64,000 nt of DNA, taken from assembly GCA_020848745.1 (NCBI GenBank), contig JADLHM010000013.1, forward strand, positions 5,238 through 69,237, written 5' to 3'. Shown here piece by piece: positions 1 through 6,753 of the stretch. The number at the start of each line of letters is the position of its first letter. Position 1 is the stretch's first letter. The DNA comes from Deltaproteobacteria bacterium (GTDB taxonomy: Bacteria; Desulfobacterota; Binatia; UTPRO1). Below the pieces are notes generated by a model, which was given only the letters and a program-made list of their open reading frames with translations, was not told the origin of the DNA and searched no databases. The position numbers and the translations under genes are program-made.

Positions 1-212
1 CCGCCGAGCCGCCACATCGCCGCCTCGAACGAGAGGCGCGTCCGCGTGCTCGGTTCGTAGAAGAGCGTCGCCATGATGCGACCGGCGGCGCTCTTCGGGA
101 TCTGGCCGGCGTCGCGCGTCTCCAGCGCCGCCTCCATCTCCTCCGTGCGGCGCAGGATGCTGTCGATTTCCTCGTCGGAGAGATCGGCGATCGCCAGAAC
201 GTGTCGACTCAT
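1..212 (-). CDS. pyrB: aspartate carbamoyltransferase catalytic subunit, N-terminal ~70 aa (gene runs off window start)
   Basis: Hand translation of minus strand from ATG at 212: [57 protein letters not shown]. Contains the STRTR carbamoyl-phosphate motif. Lies 10 nt downstream of the pyrR stop. Confidence 0.85.
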   Translation of the reverse strand, partial: [70 protein letters not shown]

Positions 213-222
213 GGGAGCGCCC

Positions 223-756
223 TCATACGAGCGCGACCTCGTCGCGGCCGTCGAGCTCGCGGACCCGTACGTGCACGCGGCGGGCCTCGGTGTCGGGAAC
301 GTTCTGGCCTACGAAGTCGGCCCGGATGGGGACCTCGCGGTTGCCGCGGTCGACGAGGACGGCGACCTGGATCGCGTGCGGACGTCCGAGGCCGCCGAGC
401 ACGTCGAGGGCGACCCGTACCGTGCGGCCCGTCGAGAGCACGTCGTCCACCAGGACGACGACGGCGTCGTCGATCGAGAACGCGACGTCGGTCTCCGGTC
501 CCTCGATGCGATCGCGCGGCTCCTCGACGTCGTCGCGGTAGGGCGTGATGTCGATCGCGCCGACCGGCACGATGCGCCCCGCGAGCTCCTCGATCTTCCG
601 CGCGATCCGATGCGCGAGCTGGACGCCGCGCGACCGCACCCCGACCAGGACGAGCTGCTCGACGGCGCGGTCGCGTTCGAGGATCTGGTGCGCGAGGCGC
701 GAGACAGCGCGGCCGATGGCGGTGCCATCGAGGAGGATCGCGGGCACGTCGGTCAC
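223..756 (-). CDS. pyrR: bifunctional pyrimidine operon regulator / uracil phosphoribosyltransferase PyrR
   Basis: 177-aa ORF with GTG start. PRPP-binding loop VVLVDDVLSTGRTVRVAL and typical PyrR N-terminus (AILLDGTAIGRAVSRLAHQILER). Followed by pyrB. Confidence 0.9.
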   Translation of the reverse strand: MTDVPAILLDGTAIGRAVSRLAHQILERDRAVEQLVLVGVRSRGVQLAHRIARKIEELAGRIVPVGAIDITPYRDDVEEPRDRIEGPETDVAFSIDDAVVVLVDDVLSTGRTVRVALDVLGGLGRPHAIQVAVLVDRGNREVPIRADFVGQNVPDTEARRVHVRVRELDGRDEVALV

Positions 757-789
757 TCGGCCGCCGTCCGAAGCGCCGTTGCCGACACG

Positions 790-899
790 AAAAAGCCCTC
801 CCGACCGGAGCCGGGAGGGCTTTCGAACGAGTAAAAACGGAACGTGGAGAGGATCACCGGACCGACCTTTCCTGACCTCGGAGGGTCAGATTAAAAGGT
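790..899 (-). promoter_or_regulatory. pyrR leader: intrinsic terminator/attenuator hairpin plus upstream PyrR-binding-loop-like hairpin
   Basis: Minus-strand RNA has GCCCUCCCG-N8-CGGGAGGGC (795-820) followed by U5 (790-794), 33 nt 5' of the pyrR GTG. Further 5' is a nested hairpin ACCUUUUAAUCUGACC-CUCCGA-GGUCAGGAAAGGU (865-899). Confidence 0.45.
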
Positions 900-978
900 A
901 CGTGGATTTCGTACGCCCGACCGTGAACCAAGTCAAGCTTCGACCACGTGCCTGCGCGTTCTACGGCGTCCGCATGCC

Positions 979-1398
979 ATGACACCTGAGAACACGACGC
1001 GCAAAGCCGCGCCGACTCTCGCCGAGACGCGCCTGGACCACTGGCTCTGGGCCGCACGCTTCTTCAAGACTCGCGGTCTCGCCTCCGAGGCGGTCGCGGG
1101 CGGACTCGTCCACCTGAACGGCGTGCGCACCAAGCCCGCGAAACCCGTGCGCGTCGGCGACACCATCGAGGTCCAGCGCGGGGAGCTCGTGACGGCGGCC
1201 GTCGTCCGCGGCCTGTCCGAGCAGCGCCGGCCGGCCCCCGAAGCCGCCCTCCTCTACGAGGAGACGCCGGCGAGCGTGAGCGCTCGGACCGAGCACCTGG
1301 CGCGCCGGCGGGAGGCGGCTGCCGGACGCTTCGAGCGGCTCGGGCGCCCGACCAAGCAGGACCGCCGCGAGAGCATTCGCCTCCGGCGGGGCCGCTGA
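979..1398 (+). CDS. hslR: ribosome-associated heat shock protein Hsp15 (S4 RNA-binding domain)
   Basis: RLDHWLWAARFFKTRGLASEAV..VHLNG, LSEQRRPAPEAALLYEETPASV and the basic C-terminal tail match the Hsp15 layout. Confidence 0.85.
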   Translation: MTPENTTRKAAPTLAETRLDHWLWAARFFKTRGLASEAVAGGLVHLNGVRTKPAKPVRVGDTIEVQRGELVTAAVVRGLSEQRRPAPEAALLYEETPASVSARTEHLARRREAAAGRFERLGRPTKQDRRESIRLRRGR

Positions 1399-1414
1399 CC
1401 CGGGGAATCCCTAG

Positions 1415-1710
1415 GGAACCTAGCAGGGGGCTGCCCTCGCGCCAGGTGTGAGCGTCGCTGCGCTCCGCTCATTGCTCTTCTCCTCGAGACTCTATTTGAA
1501 TCAAACCATACGGATACGTGTCAGCGGGATTGATGGACGCGAGCGAAGCGAGCGTCCGACAACGCGCACCTGGCAGCCCCCGCAGGTTGCTCAAAAAGGG
1601 TCAGCTGCAAGGCGCGAGGGAGCGAACGCGGAGGCGTAGCGGAGCTACGCCACACAAGTGAGCGACCGAGCAACGCGGCAGATGGCCCTTTTTCAGCAAC
1701 CTGCTAGGGG
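1415..1710. repeat. composite palindromic intergenic element with locally lower GC
   Basis: Three copies of an AACCTnGCnGGGGGCTGCC-like core (about 1415-1436, inverted 1571-1592, 1694-1710). A 27-bp imperfect stem pairs 1582-1608 with 1678-1704 (24/27). Inner hairpins GGCGTAGC-GGA-GCTACGCC and GGACGC-N11-GCGTCC. Confidence 0.4.
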
Positions 1711-2369
1711 CCGAACCAGGCCCCGTGGAACCAGCGCAGGAGGAAGGTCGTCCCGAGCGCACCGAGTACGACGGCGGGTCCGAGCTCGCGAATGCCCTGC
1801 CAGGTCGCCGAGCCGGTGAACGGTAGAAACGGCGTTTCGCGGTAGAACGCCGCGAATTCCACGGGACCGGTCGCGAGCTTCCGCTCGTCCTGATGACGGC
1901 AGCCGATCAAGACAAAGAGGGGGAACCCGCCGAAGAAGGCGACGTCGGCCGCGTTCCCGTTCGGGACCATGTGCAGGAGCCCGAAGAGGCCGAACCCCAT
2001 CAGGAGCGGGTGGCGCGTGAGCCGTTGGGCGCCGCGCGGGCGCGGATCGCCGGGCACGATCGCCGCCGGGCTCGGCCGGAAAAGGCCAGCCACGATCAGG
2101 ATATAGGCGACCAGCATGGCGGCGTAGAGCAGCCATCGCAGCACCGGTCCGAGCGGGATCGACCACAGCAGCGGCCCGGCGTGCTTGTTGGTGAAGTAGA
2201 TCCACACGAGCGGCACGAAGAAGAGGAAGGCCACGATCGAGTAGAGCCCGAGGAACGGACCCGTGCCGATGCGGGAAACCAGGCGCGCCCGGACGCGCAC
2301 GCTCGAAAGGCCCAAGTGGGAGGCTGCAAACCCGATCCAGAGCAACACGATCGCGAGAGTCGCCGACAC
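1704..2369 (-). CDS. NnrU family integral membrane protein
   Basis: 221 aa, multi-TM. RLTRHPLLMGFGLFGLLHM and GCRHQDERK motifs are typical of the NnrU/Z-ISO-like family. Confidence 0.7.
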   Translation of the reverse strand: MSATLAIVLLWIGFAASHLGLSSVRVRARLVSRIGTGPFLGLYSIVAFLFFVPLVWIYFTNKHAGPLLWSIPLGPVLRWLLYAAMLVAYILIVAGLFRPSPAAIVPGDPRPRGAQRLTRHPLLMGFGLFGLLHMVPNGNAADVAFFGGFPLFVLIGCRHQDERKLATGPVEFAAFYRETPFLPFTGSATWQGIRELGPAVVLGALGTTFLLRWFHGAWFGP

Positions 2370-2492
2370 GGGGTCCTCCTTTCGTCGTGCGGCGGGCCCG
2401 CCGCACGGTTGGCGGCGCGATACTGACCAAGACGCGGGGCTACGGCAACGGACGCCGCGGGCGAAACTCAGGGCCAGCTGCTATGAGGCCCC

Positions 2493-3650
2493 GTGCTCGC
2501 GTACCGCCCGACCTGCCACCGCTGCCTCCGGCCGGCCTCGCATTGCTATTGCGCCCACCTGACCCCGATCACGAGCCGGACCCGCGTCGTGTTCCTCCAG
2601 CACCCCCGCGAGTACCGCATGCCGATCGGCACCGCGCGCATGACGAACCTCGGCCTCATGAACTCCGAGCTGCACGTCGGCGCCGACCTCGACCGCCACC
2701 CCCGGGTGCGGGCGCTCACCGACGACCCCCGCGGCGCCGCGCTGCTCTTCCCCGGAGAGGATGCCGTCGAGCCCTGGACGCTCCCCGACGGACCACCGAC
2801 GACCCTGGTCGTCCTCGACGGTACGTGGATCCAGGCGCGGAAGATGCTCGCGCGGAGTCGACGCCTGCAGCGCCTGCCCCGCGTCGCATTCACCCCGCCG
2901 CGCCCCGGACTGTACCGCATCCGCCGCGAGCCCGCCGCGCACTGTCTCGCCACCGTCGAAGCGGTCGTCCAGGTGCTCGGCCGGCTGGAGAATGATCCGG
3001 ACCGCTTCGTGCCGCTGTTGCGGGCCTTCGACCAGATGGTCGAGCAGCAGCTGCGCTACAAGACTACGCGGCCGAACCCCTACTTCCACGCCCCCCGGCC
3101 GCGCCTGCCGGATCGGGAGCGTGTTCGCGCGATGCTCGCCAGGGACCGAGGGCGCGTGGTCCTCGTGCACGGCGAGGCGAACGCCCACGCCATGGCGGCG
3201 CGCGTCCCGGGCGATCCCGAGCTGCTGCAACTCGTCGCCGAGCGGTACGCCACCGGCGAGCGCTACGAAGCCCTGCTGGCGCCGCGCCGGCCGCTCGCAC
3301 CCTCGGTACCGGGCCATCTCGAGCTACCGGCCCACCGCTTCGTCGACGCCGAGCACGTGCGCGCCGCGCTCGACCGCTTCGCGAGCTTCCTTCGCCCGGG
3401 CGACCGGCTCGCGTCCTGGGGCCGCTTCACGCTCGACCTCCTCGCGGCCGAGGGTATTCCCGCCCCGGAGGCGATCAATCTCCGGGACGTGGCCGCACGC
3501 GCGCTCGAGCGAAGCCCGCGGGGTCCGGAGCAGGCGGCCGCCGACCTCGCCGGGAAAGACCCGCCGCGACGGACGTGGACCGACGGACGCGCCGGCCGTC
3601 GCGTCGCGGCGCTCGCGACGATCGTCGCGCGAGTGCTCCGCGAGCCCTGA
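2493..3650 (+). CDS. DTW-domain tRNA-uridine aminocarboxypropyltransferase-like protein with extra ~180-aa C-terminal domain
   Basis: GTG start. N-terminal Cys cluster CHRCLRPASHCYC, VVFLQHPRE, and the DTW motif LVVLDGTWIQARKM. Residues after ~205 have no counterpart in ordinary ~200-230-aa DTW proteins. Confidence 0.8.
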   Translation: MLAYRPTCHRCLRPASHCYCAHLTPITSRTRVVFLQHPREYRMPIGTARMTNLGLMNSELHVGADLDRHPRVRALTDDPRGAALLFPGEDAVEPWTLPDGPPTTLVVLDGTWIQARKMLARSRRLQRLPRVAFTPPRPGLYRIRREPAAHCLATVEAVVQVLGRLENDPDRFVPLLRAFDQMVEQQLRYKTTRPNPYFHAPRPRLPDRERVRAMLARDRGRVVLVHGEANAHAMAARVPGDPELLQLVAERYATGERYEALLAPRRPLAPSVPGHLELPAHRFVDAEHVRAALDRFASFLRPGDRLASWGRFTLDLLAAEGIPAPEAINLRDVAARALERSPRGPEQAAADLAGKDPPRRTWTDGRAGRRVAALATIVARVLREP

Positions 3651-3709
3651 CGGGTCGCGACGGGCGCCCGCGCCAGTCGCGCGGGCCGGCCGCGCGCCGC
3701 GCGATCGCG

Positions 3710-5239
3710 TCACAGCCCGCAGGCCGCGAGGGCCTTCGCGATCCGGGTGCGGGCGCGGTCGTCGGCGAACGGGAAAGAGCGGAAGAAATCGCCGGCGGTG
3801 AACGCGTCCCTCCGCGCGCGCACGTTCGCCGCCCACGCAGCCGCGCGCGCGCGGTCCCCGGCGAGCGCGTGCGCGGCGACGGCGACCACGGCGATCAGCA
3901 CGTGCGCGCCCGGCGAGCGCGCCGCGCGCTCGGCCCAGTCGGCCGCGGCGGCGTGCTCGTCCGCAACGACGTGCGCGAGCGCCCGCGTCGCGGCCATCGC
4001 GTAGTACAGCGGGTCGAGCGGGCTCAGCGCCATCGCGGCGTCCGCATCGGCCCGCCCCGCCGCACCCCGACCCGAGAGGGCATGCGTCCAGGCTCGCGCG
4101 TAGATCCCCTGGGCGTAGCTCGGGCTGAGGGCCGTCGCGCGCTCGAGCCACGCGAGGCTCGTGTCGAGGTCGCCGACCAGCCAGAAGCTTCTCCCCATGG
4201 TGAGGTTCGCGAACGGGTCGAGCGGGTCGAGCGCGACGCTCCGCTCGGCCGCGTCGCGCGCCGCCTGCGCCTCTGCGGCGGCGTCCCCCGTGTACCCGAG
4301 GAAGGCGTTCTGGAAGTGCACGAACGAGCGGCCGGCGTGCGCCCGCGCGAACCGCGGGTCGGCGGCGGCGGCACGCGCGAAGAGCTCGCCCGCGGTCGCG
4401 TTGTCGGCGCGATGGAAGCGGAACATGTGCTGCAGGCCGAGGTGATAGGCCGCCCAGGCATCGAGCGACTCTGGCGCGGCGATGCGCGCCGCCTGCGCCT
4501 CGTGCATGGGGATCTGCAGGTCGAGCGCCGTCACGACGCGGACGGCGATCGACGCCCGCGTCTCGTGGACGTCCTCCAGCCTCGTCGCGCTGCGATCCGC
4601 CCAGACGACGCCGCCGTCACGCGCGTCGAGCAGCTCCACCGTGACGACGACCGAGCGTCCCGCCACCTCCACCGCACCCGACAGGCAATAGCGCGCGCCG
4701 AGCGCCTGGCCGACCTCGCGCGGATCGACCACCGCACCCCGGAAGCGGAAGGTCGACCCGCGCGCGATCACGAAGAGCCAGCGCAGGCGGGAAAGCTCGG
4801 CGATCAGCTCGTCGGGAAGCGCATCCGCCACGGTCGCCGACCGCTCGTCGCCGCCGATCACGCGGAAGGGCAGCACCGCGATCGACGGCCGCGCCGCGTC
4901 GGCCGCGACGACGTCGCGCAGCTCGGCGGCGACGACCCGCACCTCGGCGACGAGGCGAAAACCGCGGCCGTGCACGGTGCGAATGAGCCGCTGCGCCTTG
5001 CCGTCGTCGCCGAGCGCCCGCCGCGCCGACTTCACCCGGCTGTCGAGCGCCGAATCGGAGACGACACGTCCGTCCCAGACCTTCTCGATGATCTCGTCGC
5101 GCGAGACCATCCGGTCGCGATTGTCGGCGAGGAGGTGCAGAAGGCCGAAGACCTGGGGCTCGACGGCGACCACCTCGCCGTCGCGGCGGAGCTCGCCGGC
5201 CGCGGCATCGAGCTCGAAGCCCGCGAACACGTACTTCAT
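3710..5239 (-). CDS. winged-helix (OmpR/CadC-type) DNA-binding protein with TolB_N-like and TPR regions
   Basis: Trimmed to ATG 5239 (MKYVFAGFELD..). FGLLHLLADNRDRMVSRDEIIEKVWDGRVVSDSALDSRVKSARRAL..IRTVHGRGFR is a trans_reg_C domain. The C-terminal half is TPR-like (AWAAYHLG, FARAH..). Confidence 0.7.
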   Translation of the reverse strand: MKYVFAGFELDAAAGELRRDGEVVAVEPQVFGLLHLLADNRDRMVSRDEIIEKVWDGRVVSDSALDSRVKSARRALGDDGKAQRLIRTVHGRGFRLVAEVRVVAAELRDVVAADAARPSIAVLPFRVIGGDERSATVADALPDELIAELSRLRWLFVIARGSTFRFRGAVVDPREVGQALGARYCLSGAVEVAGRSVVVTVELLDARDGGVVWADRSATRLEDVHETRASIAVRVVTALDLQIPMHEAQAARIAAPESLDAWAAYHLGLQHMFRFHRADNATAGELFARAAAADPRFARAHAGRSFVHFQNAFLGYTGDAAAEAQAARDAAERSVALDPLDPFANLTMGRSFWLVGDLDTSLAWLERATALSPSYAQGIYARAWTHALSGRGAAGRADADAAMALSPLDPLYYAMAATRALAHVVADEHAAAADWAERAARSPGAHVLIAVVAVAAHALAGDRARAAAWAANVRARRDAFTAGDFFRSFPFADDRARTRIAKALAACGL

Positions 5240-5386
5240 CGCCGGCCACGATAGCGAATCACCGCCACGGCTCCTAGAAATCTCCCGGAATTCTCCAGGC
5301 GGTCTCCCAGCATCGCGAACGCGGAATCCGTACGAGGACGAGCACGGAGCCGGATCGACCGGCCCCGACACGAAAGGAGAGTCACC

Positions 5387-5611
5387 ATGCCGCTCGTCAC
5401 CATCGATCTGATCGAAGACGTGTTTACCCCGACCCAGAAGCAGGAGCTCATCGAGAAGGTCACGGAGGCCATGATCGCCGTCGAGGGCGAAGCGCTCCGG
5501 CCGGTCACCTGGGTCCGCATCAACGAGGTCGCCCAGGGCGACTGGGCGATCGGCGGCAAATGCCTGCGCGCCGCCGACGTACGGGCCCTCAAGGCGGGAA
5601 AGGCAGCGTAA
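5387..5611 (+). CDS. 4-oxalocrotonate tautomerase family enzyme
   Basis: 74 aa starting [10 protein letters not shown] with catalytic Pro-1 after Met removal. GAAAGGAG Shine-Dalgarno sequence upstream. Confidence 0.85.
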   Translation: MPLVTIDLIEDVFTPTQKQELIEKVTEAMIAVEGEALRPVTWVRINEVAQGDWAIGGKCLRAADVRALKAGKAA

Positions 5612-5636
5612 CCCCCGCGCTTTCGGTCGTCACGAC

Positions 5637-5657
5637 GCCCCCTGATCAGCAGGGGGC
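5637..5657. terminator. GC hairpin between convergent genes (possible bidirectional terminator, no U-tract)
   Basis: GCCCCCTG-ATCAG-CAGGGGGC, a perfect 8-bp stem, between the tautomerase stop (5611) and the cytochrome c stop (5724). Confidence 0.3.
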
Positions 5658-5723
5658 CACGAAACGACCGCGTGGCGGGAGGGAAGACGCGCGACGGGCA
5701 GCACAGCGCCGCCCGTCGCGGTC

Positions 5724-6608
5724 TCAATGCTGCCGCTGCTTCAGGAAGTCGACGATCGCGTTCGCCGCCGTCTCGGAGACCTCGTGTCGCAGGTGCGGCA
5801 TGCGAGGCTTCTTTTCCTTCAGCATGTGCCAGACGCGATCGGTGACGTAGGCCTGGTCGTGCGCCTCGAAGTACGCGGCGTCGAACCTGGCGGTCGGCTG
5901 CGGCTGGCCCGGAACCGCGACGACGTCGCCGCGACCGGCATCACCGTGGCAGTTGACGCAGTAGCGCGCGTAGACCTCGTATCCGCGCGACAGGATCTTC
6001 ACGTACGCGCCGACGGCCGCGGCGTCCTTCGTCGTGAGCTTCAGTGGCGGCGCATGCCGCTCGCCGACGAGCGCTCGGAGCCGGTCGTCGCTCAGATCGC
6101 GCTGGAACTCCGGATCCGAGAGGTCGTGTGAGGCCACCTTGTCGTTTCCGCCCGCCTGCAGCGGCGGCTTGCCGTAGATCCCATGGCACGAGGCGCACCG
6201 GTCGGCGTACACGTCGTGTCCGGGCTCGACCAGCGCCCAGTCGATCGTCGGCAGACGCCTGAGATGCGCTGCGACGACCTCGACGTCTCCCTCCCGCGCC
6301 TTCAGGGCCGCGGGGTCGAGGGCGAGGTCGAGCGAGCTCCCGCGCCGCACACGACGCGCGAGCTCGGCATTGGAGTACTTCGCGAGAAACCCGCTGCGCA
6401 AATCACGTGGCGGCTCCGGGAAGATGACGGCATCGGGACCGTCGCCCCGGCCGTGCAGGCCGTGGCATCGGGCGCAGTCGCGGTGGAAGAACCGCGCTCC
6501 GTTGCTCGTGTCGGCGTGCGCCGCCACGGCGAAGGCCCACACCACGACCATCACGAGCGCCCTCACGACTCGGGCGGCCCATGCCATCGATCGCCGAGAG
6601 GACGACAT
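5724..6608 (-). CDS. tri-haem c-type cytochrome (three class-I-like domains), secreted
   Basis: Trimmed to ATG 6608 (MSSSRRSMAWAARVVRALVMVVVWAFAVAAHA signal peptide). Three CXXCH motifs: CARCH, CASCH, CVNCH. Confidence 0.8.
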   Translation of the reverse strand: MSSSRRSMAWAARVVRALVMVVVWAFAVAAHADTSNGARFFHRDCARCHGLHGRGDGPDAVIFPEPPRDLRSGFLAKYSNAELARRVRRGSSLDLALDPAALKAREGDVEVVAAHLRRLPTIDWALVEPGHDVYADRCASCHGIYGKPPLQAGGNDKVASHDLSDPEFQRDLSDDRLRALVGERHAPPLKLTTKDAAAVGAYVKILSRGYEVYARYCVNCHGDAGRGDVVAVPGQPQPTARFDAAYFEAHDQAYVTDRVWHMLKEKKPRMPHLRHEVSETAANAIVDFLKQRQH

Positions 6609-6624
6609 AGCCGTCGTTCTATAC

Positions 6625-6667
6625 CTCCAGGCTGGAGAAACACCATCGCGATCGGCCCTCGCGATGG
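6625..6667. promoter_or_regulatory. two perfect palindromes in the divergent cytochrome intergenic region (candidate operators)
   Basis: CTCCAG-G-CTGGAG (6625-6637) and CCATCGCGA-N7-TCGCGATGG (6643-6667) lie between starts at 6608 (-) and 6754 (+). Confidence 0.3.
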
Positions 6668-6753
6668 AGCAGATTTCCGGGCCGGACCTTTGCCGACGCG
6701 AAGCGGACGTGCAACGGTTGACGCCTCGCGGGCGGATGCAAGATTGTGTCACC

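Noticed and set aside
3575-5254. 559-aa plus-strand ORF
   Set aside because: It is antisense to the winged-helix/TPR regulator. The translation is Arg/Gly/Ala/Pro-rich low complexity with no motifs, a typical GC-rich shadow ORF.
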